Shown: positions 54,188 through 64,000 of the stretch, piece by piece
How positions within the stretch are numbered: position 1 is the first letter of the stretch
Layout: each line of letters opens with the position of its first letter
DNA from: an uncultured Verrucomicrobiae bacterium
GTDB lineage: Bacteria > Verrucomicrobiota > Verrucomicrobiia > Limisphaerales > Palsa-1400
Direction of reading: 5' to 3'
NCBI GenBank assembly: GCA_963813995.1
Contig: CAWFAZ010000046.1
Coordinates: 9,342-73,341, forward strand
DNA: 64,000 bases
The notes under the pieces: model-generated
What the model was told of the DNA's origin: nothing
Databases searched by the model: none
The model's input: the letters and a program-made list of their open reading frames with translations, nothing else
Made by a program: the position numbers and the translations under genes

Positions 54188-56179
54188 TCAAATTGTCTCT
54201 GCTCCGGCGAAAGAGAGGGCTTCGTCCAGCAGCACGTCCGAGCGCAGAACATTCCGCCGCTGTTTGAAGGCCAGAGTCTGCGCTTTGCCCTGGGCAAGCG
54301 CCAGAGCGGCCCGCGCCAGTCGGTCCTTTCCCGGCAAGTCGCTCCGCAAAACCCAATGCAACGCCTCACGGATCGTTTTGGACAGATACTTTTGGATCAA
54401 TTCATCCTCGAGGCTGACAAATGCCTGGGCGCTGCCCGGGTCTCCCTGCCGCGCGCTGCGGCCAAACAACTGCCGATCCACCCGTCCCGATTCGTGCCGT
54501 TCCGATGCGATGACATGCAACCCGCCCAAGGCAGTCACCCCGCGCCCGAGTTTGATGTCCGTTCCGCGTCCAGCCATGTTGGTGGCAATGGTAATTCTGC
54601 CCGGCTCGCCAGCCATGGCGACGACGGCGGCTTCCTCTTTAAGGCGCGCGGCATTGAGGATTTTGGCTTCCAAACCGCGTTCGGCCAGCATTTGCCCAAG
54701 CTTCTCGCTGGTCTGCACGCTTCGGGTGCCCACCAAAAGCGGCTGGCCGGTGGCGTGCAGGCGCTGAACCTCGGCCACGATCGCCTGAAATTTCACTTCC
54801 TCGTTCAGGAACAGGCGATCCGGCATCTGTTGGCGGATGCATGGCTTGTTGCGAGGAACAGTCACGACAGGAAGTCCGTAAACCTGCCAAAGCTCCCCGA
54901 CCGACTCCCGGGCCGTGCCGGTCATGCCGGACAACTTGTAGAAGCACCTGAAAAAACGCTGGAAGCTCAACCGGGCCACGGTTTCCGCAGGGTCTGATAC
55001 TGGCAAACCCTCCTTGGCCTCGACGGCTTGGTGCAGTCCTTCCCGCCAGGTCCGCTGTGGCATGGGCCGGCCGGTGAATTCGTCCACAATCACGGCCTTG
55101 TCTCCTTCCACAATGTATTGTTTGTCGCGGTGGAAGAATTCGCGGGCACCCAGCGCCTGAATCACCAGTTCCAACCGCCGGTCGTGGCCCCGCCAAATTC
55201 CTGGCAAGTGGGCGGCCTGATCCACCAATTTGCCCAAGCCGGATTTGGTCAATTCGATCTCCTTGTAACGGGGATTGGTCCGATAATCGGCTTGCGGCTC
55301 CAGTATCGCGATCATCTCCTGCGCTTGCCGGACGACTGCGCAGAGAGACTCGTTTTTATGGGAGGCGGAGATTATCAGGGGCGTGACCGCTTCATCAATC
55401 AATATGCTGTCGGCCTCATCTACAATGGCCGCGTGCAATCCGCGCAAGGCCAACCCGTCTTGGGCCTCCTGTTGCGGTGCAAGCATTCGGCGAATCAAAC
55501 GCCGGGTTGGGTTCTGCAGCCGGCCCAGCCGCAACCGATCCCGCAAAAAATCCGCCAAAAGCTCCTTGCTCGTCACGTATGTCACGTCGCAGCCATAGCC
55601 CTTGACCCGTTCCGGCCCCTGTGCCGCGGCCGTCACGAAACCGACCCGCACGCCGCAGTAGTGATAAAGCGGCGCCAGCCATTCTGCATCGCGCTGGACC
55701 AAATAATCGTTCACGGTCACGATATGGCACGGAAACCTCGACCACCCGGCAAGAATGGCCGTCAAACCGGCGGTCAGCGTTTTTCCTTCGCCAGTTGCCA
55801 TTTCGGCCAGATAACCACGATACAGCGCCAGCGCGCCAATGATCTGGACGCCGAACGGACGCATTCCAAGCTGCCGATCAGCCGCCTCACGAATGGCTGC
55901 CAGGGCCGGCGCCACCGCGTCCTTGACAGCGGCTCCGCCCCGGCGAAATTGCTCCCGGAATTCCATCAATCGGGTATGCAGCACATGGTCTGGCATCTCC
56001 GTCCAGTCGCGTTCCTGTCGCAAGATGGCATCGGCATCGGCTCTGAGGCGCGCCAGGACGCCGGCACGACGCCGGTAACCGCCGATGAAACCGTTGACCA
56101 ATGCGTCCAGTCCGGTCAACGAACCGGGCCGCGCGCGGTAATCGCTGCGGCGGTAGTCCTGGGTGGGAACCGTCAGCAT
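54188..56179 (-). CDS. Secondary, C-terminally truncated SecA-family ATPase (SecA_DEAD)
   Basis: EMATGEGKT, IVDEADSILIDEAVTPLIIS, IVDEFTGR, LSGMTGTA, TNMAGRGTDI, QLFGRSARQGDPG; only 663 aa. Confidence 0.93.
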   Translation of the reverse strand: MLTVPTQDYRRSDYRARPGSLTGLDALVNGFIGGYRRRAGVLARLRADADAILRQERDWTEMPDHVLHTRLMEFREQFRRGGAAVKDAVAPALAAIREAADRQLGMRPFGVQIIGALALYRGYLAEMATGEGKTLTAGLTAILAGWSRFPCHIVTVNDYLVQRDAEWLAPLYHYCGVRVGFVTAAAQGPERVKGYGCDVTYVTSKELLADFLRDRLRLGRLQNPTRRLIRRMLAPQQEAQDGLALRGLHAAIVDEADSILIDEAVTPLIISASHKNESLCAVVRQAQEMIAILEPQADYRTNPRYKEIELTKSGLGKLVDQAAHLPGIWRGHDRRLELVIQALGAREFFHRDKQYIVEGDKAVIVDEFTGRPMPQRTWREGLHQAVEAKEGLPVSDPAETVARLSFQRFFRCFYKLSGMTGTARESVGELWQVYGLPVVTVPRNKPCIRQQMPDRLFLNEEVKFQAIVAEVQRLHATGQPLLVGTRSVQTSEKLGQMLAERGLEAKILNAARLKEEAAVVAMAGEPGRITIATNMAGRGTDIKLGRGVTALGGLHVIASERHESGRVDRQLFGRSARQGDPGSAQAFVSLEDELIQKYLSKTIREALHWVLRSDLPGKDRLARAALALAQGKAQTLAFKQRRNVLRSDVLLDEALSFAGAETI

Positions 56180-56182
56180 AGG

Positions 56183-58342
56183 CTAGATTTGGTAGCGTTT
56201 CTGGAAGAGCTGCCACAAGCTGCGGATCCAGCGCGGCAAGAGCGGCTCGGGCGCGAGCTTAAACCGGATTTCCCCGGAACGGCCATCCAGCAGCGCGACA
56301 TCGTCGCGCCTTTCCAAATGGCCGCGCACTTCAAAAAACGGCTCCACGGTTCGGGTGCCGGTGGTGTCGTTCTCGGTCGCCACCGGAACGATGCCGCCAG
56401 CCGCCCAGCCCAGCGCGGCCGAAGGCAGGGTTTTCTGCCCGCCTGGGACAATTTGCCAGTTAGTCACTGTCAGAGTCCTGCCCGCTTCTCCGTAAAGCCT
56501 TGCCTGGGCGCCGCGAATGACCCGGTCAAACAGGGCGTTGACGTCCTCCTCCATCACGGTGGCGACAAAGTTGAAGCGGGCCGGATCAACCATCAGTCCG
56601 AGATTGCTGCCGCGCCGGAGCCAGCTTCCCCGTTCATCTTCCATTTCCGGCGCCACCCAGATGCCGTCGTGAGGCGCCCTGACCGTCAGGTTTTGATAAT
56701 CGCGGCTCAGTTTTGCCACCTGGTCGCGAATGGAATCGCGCAGGTTGGTCAGCGGAGCAATGTCCGCCGGCTCTTCCTCCATCGCCTGCAAGAGCCGGGC
56801 GGTGACTCCGTCCAGACGGGCCTTTGTGTCCGCCAACTCCAGTTCCAGCTCGGGGTTTCTCAACTGCGCCAAGGGCTGACCCGCTTTGACCCGGCTTCCC
56901 GGCTTGACCCGCAGTTCCGCAACAACACCAGCCGTTTCATTGGCCAGCATGGACCGTTGCGATGCCAGGACGATGCCGGGAGCACGAAACGAACAGGGAA
57001 ACGGAATCACGGCCAGCAGAACAACAACAACCATAACCAGGCTGGCGGTCACACAGACGGCGCGCGTTCGCACGCGGTCTAGGCGCGGACTGGCGGCGAG
57101 ATACCGTGTGAACCGGACCACCGGGACTGCCATCCATGAAATCAAACAGATGGCCGCCATCACAATCCCGATGATTAAGAACCGGTCGGCGACCACCAGC
57201 AAAATGCTGGAAAAAACAATCACCCGGTAAATGCCGGAGGCCGATCCGAAAAACGTCAGCCACGCCGCCTCGCGCCGCGATCCCGCCGGGCTTTCCGAGT
57301 TTTTTACCCCAAACAAATGGGCTTCGGCCAGGTGCCGCAGGTGCGTCGAGGCCCGCTGGTTGAGATTGGGAATCTCCAGCAGGTCCGACAGGATGTAGTA
57401 CCCGTCAAACCGCATCAATGGGTTGATGTTGAAAATCACCGTCGAAACCGACGCCACAAACATGATGTTGTAGGCCAGGCTGTGAATGATGCCCGGCCCG
57501 GTCTTTGCCCAGAAAAAGACCGCAATCGCCGCAATGAACAGTTCCACGATCATTCCGGCCGCCCCGACCAGCACCCGCTTCCATCGCTCGCGAAAACTCC
57601 AGCTTGAGGTCGTGTCCACAAAGGGCATTGGCGTGAATATCATCAGCATCACGCCCATGACATGGACTTCGCCGCCGAACCGCCGGCAAAAATAGGCGTG
57701 GCCGAACTCGTGGAACGTCTTGACGATGACCAACCCGATGTAGAGAAGAAACAGGTTGTTCGCAGCCAGAAGACCTTCCCCCTGCGCCTTGAGCGCGCCG
57801 ACATTGGCCGCCACAACGCTCAAGCCCAAGCCGACCACCAGCAACCAAAGCGCCGCGCCAAACGGGCTGATCAGCGCGCCCACCACCGGCAGCGTGCGGC
57901 GCAGAAAGCGGTCCGGGTCCAGCAACGGAAAGCGCATGAACATGATGTTCAGGAATTGGAAGCGCATCTCGCGCTGGCGGCGTTTTTTGTAGCGCTCGAA
58001 CAACTGCGCGCTGTCGGCCGCCAGGTCGTATTGCAGCAGGTTGGCAAAATAAAGTTGGGCCAGCAGTTGAATGACCGCCTCCTGGCTTGGCGCGCCGTCT
58101 GGAAACCGGCGCAGGCACTCCTGCCAGACCTCCTCCACCGTGCGGTCCGGACGCAGCCGCGCCACCAACTCGTAGGCGGCCGGCCGCAGGCGGAAATACT
58201 GGTTGCTGAACGGGTTCTCGAGAACGATCCAGCGCTCGCCGCGAAAATTCTGCCGATGCACCCGCACCACCGGGCGCAGGCAAATCCGTTGTCCGGCCAC
58301 GCGGTACCACGATTCACTGAATGTGCGGGAAGCGCCGGTCAT
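56183..58342 (-). CDS. PqqD/RRE-like + site-2 (M50) peptidase + HlyD/membrane-fusion domain protein
   Basis: HEFGH (HExxH) and NINPLMRFDG (NxxPxxxxDG); biotinyl/lipoyl-like VKPGSRVKAGQPL, coiled coil and LTVRAPHDG. Confidence 0.88.
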   Translation of the reverse strand: MTGASRTFSESWYRVAGQRICLRPVVRVHRQNFRGERWIVLENPFSNQYFRLRPAAYELVARLRPDRTVEEVWQECLRRFPDGAPSQEAVIQLLAQLYFANLLQYDLAADSAQLFERYKKRRQREMRFQFLNIMFMRFPLLDPDRFLRRTLPVVGALISPFGAALWLLVVGLGLSVVAANVGALKAQGEGLLAANNLFLLYIGLVIVKTFHEFGHAYFCRRFGGEVHVMGVMLMIFTPMPFVDTTSSWSFRERWKRVLVGAAGMIVELFIAAIAVFFWAKTGPGIIHSLAYNIMFVASVSTVIFNINPLMRFDGYYILSDLLEIPNLNQRASTHLRHLAEAHLFGVKNSESPAGSRREAAWLTFFGSASGIYRVIVFSSILLVVADRFLIIGIVMAAICLISWMAVPVVRFTRYLAASPRLDRVRTRAVCVTASLVMVVVVLLAVIPFPCSFRAPGIVLASQRSMLANETAGVVAELRVKPGSRVKAGQPLAQLRNPELELELADTKARLDGVTARLLQAMEEEPADIAPLTNLRDSIRDQVAKLSRDYQNLTVRAPHDGIWVAPEMEDERGSWLRRGSNLGLMVDPARFNFVATVMEEDVNALFDRVIRGAQARLYGEAGRTLTVTNWQIVPGGQKTLPSAALGWAAGGIVPVATENDTTGTRTVEPFFEVRGHLERRDDVALLDGRSGEIRFKLAPEPLLPRWIRSLWQLFQKRYQI

Positions 58343-58516
58343 TTACTTTTGTCTTACGTGATTCACCGAGCCTCTGGTTGACCGATTCTATTTCGCGCCA
58401 TGCCAGGAAAATGCCGCGATCCTCCCATTGAGTCAATGAGTGACCCTGCCAAAAACCGTGAAAATTTCCGCTTTTTATCCGGTAAATGAAAGGGTCACCC
58501 TCGGAATCGAGTATTT

Positions 58517-58573
58517 TGTCATTAGACATTTTCGATCATTGATTGGTCATTAGGATTTCGTCATTAGTCATTT
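58517..58573. repeat. Short GTCATT(A) heptamer-type intergenic repeats
   Basis: GTCATTAGACATT, GATCATTGATTGGTCATTAG, CGTCATTAGTCATT. Confidence 0.5.
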
Positions 58574-59737
58574 TCCCTGGCAGATCGCCTCGCGCTGTTG
58601 CAATTCGTGGATGGCGTCCACCATTTTGGGCGGAATAATTTCATGAACTTCCACCCCCTGTCCGATGCCTTTGAGCAGGGTCAGCGTCAATGGCCCGCCC
58701 AGATGCTCGCGGAATTCCTCCAAGCCCTGCAAAACAACCGGCTGATGATCGGCGTCAAGATGAAGCAATTCGCCGGCAGAAAGCTTGAAGCCCAGTCGGC
58801 GCAACAGGGCCAGAACACGGTCGGCCGAGGCGCCGTCCAGCAACCCGATGTTCCGCGAATAAATCACGTCCAAAGCCATGCCGATGGCCACTGCTTCGCC
58901 ATGCCGGATTTGAAAGTGGGAAAGTTGTTCCAGCTTGTGGGCCGCCCAATGCCCGAAATCCAGCGGCCGGATCGAACCAAACTCAAACGGGTCCCCGCTG
59001 CCGGCTATGTGCTCGATGTGCAATTCCGCGCAACGCTCGATCAGCAGCCGCATCCGCTCAGGCTCCAGGCGCGCCAGCGCCGCCGCGTCCCGCTCCAGAC
59101 TCTCGAAAAACTCCCGGTCCCGGATCAACGCCACCTTGACCGCTTCGGCGTAGCCGGCCCGTTTGTCGCGATCTGGCAGCGAAGCCAGCAGATCGAAATC
59201 ATTAATGACCGCGTAAGGCGGGGCGAAAGCGCCGATGAAATTCTTTTTGCCGAAGGCGTTGATGCCGTTTTTGACGCCCACCCCCGAATCGTTCTGGCTC
59301 AGGACAGTCGTGGGAATGCGCACATGACGCACCCCGCGATGGGCGGTGGCCGCGGCCAAACCGGCCACATCCAGAAGGGCGCCGCCTCCGACCCCCACCA
59401 GATACGAATGACGGTCCACATGGTGGCGATCGACGTGGGAATGGATTTCCGAGACGTGAAAGTAAGAAGTCTTGACACGTTCGCCGCCCTCGATGATCAG
59501 CGGCGGACCCGCCAACTCCAGCCGGTCGGCGTAGGCCGCAAAGTAACTTTCGATGGATTTGGCCAGATGCGGCTGGGCCGCGGCGAGCGATTCGTCCAGC
59601 ACCACCAGAACCTTCGGAACACGGGGCGGCTCGGCCAAAACGGATTGAAGCAGGGAATTGGAAACGCCGAACACTCCGCGTGTGAAATAGACGCGATGTT
59701 CAAAACTGACCGAGATGGTGCGTTTGATGGACGTCAT
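58568..59737 (-). CDS. 3-dehydroquinate synthase-like sugar-phosphate cyclase (EboD-like)
   Basis: GGGALLD, IPTTVLSQNDSGVGVKNGIN, RPLDFGHWAAHKLE, HGEAVAIG. Confidence 0.85.
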   Translation of the reverse strand: MTSIKRTISVSFEHRVYFTRGVFGVSNSLLQSVLAEPPRVPKVLVVLDESLAAAQPHLAKSIESYFAAYADRLELAGPPLIIEGGERVKTSYFHVSEIHSHVDRHHVDRHSYLVGVGGGALLDVAGLAAATAHRGVRHVRIPTTVLSQNDSGVGVKNGINAFGKKNFIGAFAPPYAVINDFDLLASLPDRDKRAGYAEAVKVALIRDREFFESLERDAAALARLEPERMRLLIERCAELHIEHIAGSGDPFEFGSIRPLDFGHWAAHKLEQLSHFQIRHGEAVAIGMALDVIYSRNIGLLDGASADRVLALLRRLGFKLSAGELLHLDADHQPVVLQGLEEFREHLGGPLTLTLLKGIGQGVEVHEIIPPKMVDAIHELQQREAICQGK

Positions 59738-59844
59738 GTTTATCCAACCCTAGCATTTGGACGGGCCAATTTGAAGGCTTAATTAATTTCAGACAGTTTC
59801 ACCTTGCGAGCGCGGGATTGGATTTGTTAATGATGAACGCACCT

Positions 59845-60600
59845 ATGGCAGCCATTGGCCGCTTTCAAAAGGGCGATGAAATATTTTACGCGAAAGTAGT
59901 GGACGGCGATCTTTACCGGCTGCGCGGGGACGTTTTTGGCGCGCCTTCCTTTGCCAAAAGACCGATGTCCTTCAAGGGCTTGAAAACATTGGCGCCGGCA
60001 GACCCTTCCAAAATCGTCGCCATCGGCCTCAATTACGCCGACCATGTCCGGGAACAAGGCAAGGCGCCGCCCAAGGAGCCGCTTTTTTGGTTCAAGGCCC
60101 CCACTTCGCTCCTCGCCGACGGGGGCAGGATCGAAATTCCGTTTCCGGGTCATCGCACGGATTACGAGGCGGAACTGGCCATTGTCATTGGCCGGCGCGT
60201 GCGCAACATCCCGCCCGCCGCCGCCGCGCGCCACATTTTTGGCTGCACCGCGGCGCAGGACATCAGCGACCGCACGATTCAGAATTCGGAAAGCCAATGG
60301 GCGCGCTGCAAGTCCTTCGACACCTTCACTCCGCTGGGGCCTTATGTGGAAACGCTGCTGGACCCGCACGATTTGACCATCCAACTGTTTCAAAACGGCC
60401 AGCTCCGGCAAAATTCCAACACCAGCCAGCTCCTCTTCAACTGCTTTGAGCTGGTCAGCTTCGTTTCCACCCATTTGACCCTGCTGCCCGGCGATGTCAT
60501 CCTCACCGGGACGCCCGGCGGGGTGGGGCCGATCCAATCCGGCGACCGGCTGGAAGTGCGCATCCAAGGCCTGGCCCCGCTGGTCAATACTGTCAAATAA
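59845..60600 (+). CDS. Fumarylacetoacetate hydrolase family protein
   Basis: KIVAIGLNYADH, DYEAELAIVIG, KSFDTFTPLGP, LLPGDVILTGTPGGVG. Confidence 0.92.
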   Translation: MAAIGRFQKGDEIFYAKVVDGDLYRLRGDVFGAPSFAKRPMSFKGLKTLAPADPSKIVAIGLNYADHVREQGKAPPKEPLFWFKAPTSLLADGGRIEIPFPGHRTDYEAELAIVIGRRVRNIPPAAAARHIFGCTAAQDISDRTIQNSESQWARCKSFDTFTPLGPYVETLLDPHDLTIQLFQNGQLRQNSNTSQLLFNCFELVSFVSTHLTLLPGDVILTGTPGGVGPIQSGDRLEVRIQGLAPLVNTVK

Positions 60601-60608
60601 ATCATTTT

Positions 60609-62342
60609 ATGCGTTGGACACAGGGATTTATTCCCACTTTGAAAGAAACTCCGGCGGAGGCTGAAATCCTCTCGCACAAACTGCTCCTGCGCGCCGGTTT
60701 GATCCGCAAGCTCACCGCCGGCCTTTACACCTTCCTGCCGCTGGGCTTGCGCGCCTTGCGCAAAGTGGAACTCATCGTGCGCGAGGAAATGGACCGCGCC
60801 GGCGCCCTGGAGGTTTTGATGCCCGCCCTGCAACCGCCCGAAATCTGGCAGCAGAGCGGACGCTACGAAACGGCCCAGGGGGTCTTTTTCAAGGCCCGCG
60901 ACCGGGCCAAGAAGGAATGGATTCTCGGCCCCACCCATGAAGAGGTCATCACGACTTTGGTCGCCGGGGAACTGAGTTCCTACCGCCAGTTGCCCAAGAA
61001 TTTTTACCAGATCCAAACCAAGTTCCGTGATGAAATCCGCCCGCGCTTCGGCCTGATGCGCGCCAAGGAATTCATCATGAAGGACGCTTACAGCTTCGAC
61101 GCCACCGACGCAGCCGCGCAGGCGAGTTACAAAAAAATGTACGACGCCTACACGCGGATTTTTCAGCGGTGCGGATTGAAAGTCATGGCCGTCGAGGCCG
61201 ATACGGGGGTGATGGGCGGAAAATTTTCCCATGAATTCATGGTCCCGGCGGAAACGGGGGAAAACGAAGTGGTCTATTGCGAGTCCTGCCCTTACGCGGC
61301 GAACATCGATAAAGCCTCCAGCCGCGCCCGCCAGCCGGAACCCGTTCCGCCCGCCGCGGCCGGACCCGAAAAATTTGCCACGCCGGGCATCGTCACCATA
61401 GAAGCTCTGACGAAACCGCCCTTCGGTGTTCCAGCCACGAGCCAAATCAAGACCCTGGTTTACATCGTCAAGGACAAGCCGGCGCTGATTTTGCTGCGGG
61501 GCGACCACCAATTGAACGAAGCGAAACTGACCGGCGCGCTCGGCACCGCGACCTTCCGGCCGGCGGAAGCGGAGGAGATTGTTGCCGCGTTGCGCGCCCA
61601 TCCCGGAAGCCTGGGCGCGGTGAACGTGAAGGATTTGCCTGTGTACGCCGACGAGACCCTGCGCAACGCCGCCGACATGACGACAGGCGCCAACGAAGAC
61701 GGCTTTCATTTTCGTCAAGTCGAAATAAGCCGCGATATTCAAGTGGCCAAATGGAGCGATTTGCGCCTGGCGCAGGCGGGCGAGGCTTGCGCAGGTTGCG
61801 GCCAGCCGCTGAAAATCCGCCGGGCCATCGAAGTGGGCCATGTTTTCAAACTGGGCACAAAATACAGCGAAGCCCTGAAGGCCCTTTTTCTGGACGAGGC
61901 CGGCAAACAACAGCCCGCCATCATGGGCTGTTACGGCATTGGCGTCACCCGCACCATGCAGGCCGTCATAGAGCAATGCAACGACAAGGATGGGATCATC
62001 TGGCCGCTCAGCGTCGCGCCCTACACGGTATGCCTGACGCCATTGAGCGTCGCGCCGGAGAGCGCGGTCATGAAGCTGGCCGAAAAGATTTACGCCGAAC
62101 TGGCCGGGCGCGGGGTCGAAGTGATTCTGGACGACCGCGATGAACGGCCCGGCGTCAAATTCAAGGACTCCGAATTGATAGGTTTTCCGCTGCGCATCGG
62201 CCTGGGCGAAAAGTCACTGGCCAAAGGCGAAGTCGAATTCAAGCCGCGCGGCGGCCAACTGGTTTTGGTCAAAGCCGAAGACGCCGTGAGCAAAGTCCTG
62301 GAGCACTTGCAGTTCGCCAGTCCGCCATCCCGTCCACCGTAA
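60609..62342 (+). CDS. proS: Proline--tRNA ligase
   Basis: SHKLLLRAG, LGPTHEE, QIQTKFRDEIRPRFGLMRAKEF, INS editing domain, EVGHVFKLG, MGCYGIG, DDRDERPGVKF. Confidence 0.98.
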   Translation: MRWTQGFIPTLKETPAEAEILSHKLLLRAGLIRKLTAGLYTFLPLGLRALRKVELIVREEMDRAGALEVLMPALQPPEIWQQSGRYETAQGVFFKARDRAKKEWILGPTHEEVITTLVAGELSSYRQLPKNFYQIQTKFRDEIRPRFGLMRAKEFIMKDAYSFDATDAAAQASYKKMYDAYTRIFQRCGLKVMAVEADTGVMGGKFSHEFMVPAETGENEVVYCESCPYAANIDKASSRARQPEPVPPAAAGPEKFATPGIVTIEALTKPPFGVPATSQIKTLVYIVKDKPALILLRGDHQLNEAKLTGALGTATFRPAEAEEIVAALRAHPGSLGAVNVKDLPVYADETLRNAADMTTGANEDGFHFRQVEISRDIQVAKWSDLRLAQAGEACAGCGQPLKIRRAIEVGHVFKLGTKYSEALKALFLDEAGKQQPAIMGCYGIGVTRTMQAVIEQCNDKDGIIWPLSVAPYTVCLTPLSVAPESAVMKLAEKIYAELAGRGVEVILDDRDERPGVKFKDSELIGFPLRIGLGEKSLAKGEVEFKPRGGQLVLVKAEDAVSKVLEHLQFASPPSRPP

Positions 62343-62439
62343 CCGTTGGGGCGAAGCTGAAGCCTCTCTCGCGAAGGAGGAAGCCTTCAGCCTTTGTTTT
62401 GTGACGAGTCTGGTTACGGTTTCTTGCTTTCGGGGGCGA

Positions 62440-62597
62440 TCAAATTCTTCAAAGACATTTTCACTGTCCCCCATTTCAGCGTTTTTGTAAATACTAGTTT
62501 CAGCCATGTTTTGTAACTGCCTTGCCAACAGCATGTTATGATTATTCAAAATGCCGAAAATTTCACTGTTTTTTTGGGCAGATTCTCTTGAGAAATT
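62440..62597. repeat. AT-rich ~158-bp dispersed intergenic repeat, copy 2
   Basis: Colinear with 14266-14424, same orientation. Confidence 0.85.
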
Positions 62598-62628
62598 CAA
62601 ATCTGCGTTACAATTGCCAAGGTCAGGG

Positions 62629-63108
62629 CTATCGGGCCGGGACTCCCGACCACAGGAAGGATTCCTGTTCGGACAATTGCCGGTCGCCTTCCCAAAGTGT
62701 GACGCGCCAGGCAACCAACTCGCCAAATTTCTTAAACTCATCCCCGGTGATGTTGAATTCGGCCCAACGGCCAAAGAAGCCGCTCTTCTTGACCGGTTCC
62801 TCCAAAGTGACGGTCTGGAGGGAATTGGTCAGGAGACCGCGCAGTTCGGCGCGCAATTTGGTTTTCTCCCAATCGACACCCCTGGCTTTCCACAGCACTT
62901 CCACGCGAAGGCTCGCGCGTTGCAGAGGGTGTTTGCGAAGCCAGGCTTGATAAGCGTCCCTTTCATACAAACTGGGCGCAAGGGATTGGCGGCCCTTTTT
63001 ATCCAGGAACTGCGGGAGGACCTTGCAGACCCTGCCTTCGGCCGCCAGGACCGCGGCGGTTGACAGCAGAAAACCGAGCAGGGCGAAACTGGCGGCAAAG
63101 CGACGCAT
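62629..63108 (-). CDS. Hypothetical exported protein
   Basis: 159 aa with signal peptide; KVLPQFLD..SLYERDAYQA..AWRVTLW..SFLW. Confidence 0.75.
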   Translation of the reverse strand: MRRFAASFALLGFLLSTAAVLAAEGRVCKVLPQFLDKKGRQSLAPSLYERDAYQAWLRKHPLQRASLRVEVLWKARGVDWEKTKLRAELRGLLTNSLQTVTLEEPVKKSGFFGRWAEFNITGDEFKKFGELVAWRVTLWEGDRQLSEQESFLWSGVPAR

Positions 63109-63164
63109 GGCCGAAAACTATCAATCCTTTCTGAAAAGTAAACAGGGATCAGGAACCATGCTTC

Positions 63165-64000
63165 TCATCCCCCTGACTTCGGCGCGGCCGGGAGCAAGGC
63201 CAGGATTTCCTGCTGCTCCTGATACCACTCCTCCAAAGGACGGGACAACGCCGATGGCTTGAAATCCTTGTAATGGTCCAGGCCCAGGGCGGAATCAATT
63301 TCCTTCTTCAGCGCCTCGTTTATTTCGGACTTGGCTTCGTCGGCCCACCCTTTGTAGGAGCCGGTCGTCGGGCCTAACATGCGGGCGGCGTCCAGGCGCG
63401 TGGCTTGATCGTATTTAAAGTGAGGCACCGAAACGATTTGTTTGTCCTCCTTGCCTTCGATTTTGTTGGTTTCGTCCTGGGCCGTGATAACCAGCTTGGC
63501 GAGGTCGATAATGCGTTGGTCCAATTTGGCCAGGGCGTCGTCGTCGCTGACGTGGCCGTTGGCCTCGAAATCCAGGTCGCGCGTGGCGTTGGTCAGGCGC
63601 TGGCAGATCTGGCGGATGACTTCCTTCTCGAGTTCCTCGAAACATTTCTGGGCGCGTTTGACGATCAGTTCCCGCTCCTCCTTGGTGAAACTGTATTTCT
63701 TGTCGTCCAAGCCGACGAAGGTGGAGTAGTTGGCGTTGGTGAGAAGCCTTTGGAGCTTGGCGGTGAGATTGGTGGCGCTGAGGCGCTCAACCACCAGCGC
63801 GTTGGTGGGTTTGTCGTTGGTGGATTTGTCTTTGAGGTCCAATTTCAAGTCCACCGGCATGAAAGAGAAAGCCGCGCGATCCATGCCGCCGAGATGGTCG
63901 ATCTGGTTGGTCAGGTAATCCCAATGAGCCTGGAGACGTTCCTTGCGATTCAGGTCGCCGATGAACTCGAATTTATTCTCGACGCGCAACGAGCGGGTCC
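63165..64000 (-). CDS. Hypothetical protein, 3' part (start beyond the window)
   Basis: Open frame reaching the window edge, strong GC3 bias, helical/charged composition. Confidence 0.7.
   Translation of the reverse strand, partial: TRSLRVENKFEFIGDLNRKERLQAHWDYLTNQIDHLGGMDRAAFSFMPVDLKLDLKDKSTNDKPTNALVVERLSATNLTAKLQRLLTNANYSTFVGLDDKKYSFTKEERELIVKRAQKCFEELEKEVIRQICQRLTNATRDLDFEANGHVSDDDALAKLDQRIIDLAKLVITAQDETNKIEGKEDKQIVSVPHFKYDQATRLDAARMLGPTTGSYKGWADEAKSEINEALKKEIDSALGLDHYKDFKPSALSRPLEEWYQEQQEILALLPAAPKSGG

Noticed and set aside
54188-56179. Housekeeping secA
   Set aside because: Too short, lacks the C-terminal scaffold/wing region and has an atypical N-terminus; treated as a paralog

Overview
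GC-rich bacterial chromosomal window; the gene set and intergenic repeats suggest a Verrucomicrobia/PVC-type organism (inference). Left part (1-17 kb): GH10 xylanase, acpS, pdxJ, VanZ, comEC, an orphan minimal nucleotidyltransferase inside a 93-bp duplication, an lplT-lnt-aas operon and a GH3 glycosidase. Middle (17.1-27.4 kb): a ~10.3-kb tyrosine-integrase island at tRNA-Leu(CAG) that duplicates the 5' half of the tRNA rather than the 3' half. Its cargo (IS91-like remnant, HTH/UDG-like/B12-radical-SAM module, IS21, Fic) is scrambled by base-conserving rearrangements at 2-3-bp cores that can be undone on paper to rebuild the genes. A decaying glycerol cluster follows (GDPD, glpK frameshift, glpD, glpF stub). 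Right part (32.9-58.3 kb): a co-oriented cluster of an RRE/M50-peptidase/HlyD fusion, a C-terminally truncated second SecA, a ~6,800-aa LEPRxLL repeat surface protein (one-base frameshift) and a small beta-barrel. This is a candidate non-canonical giant-protein export system. The window ends with an EboD-like sugar-phosphate cyclase, an FAH-family protein, proS and hypotheticals.
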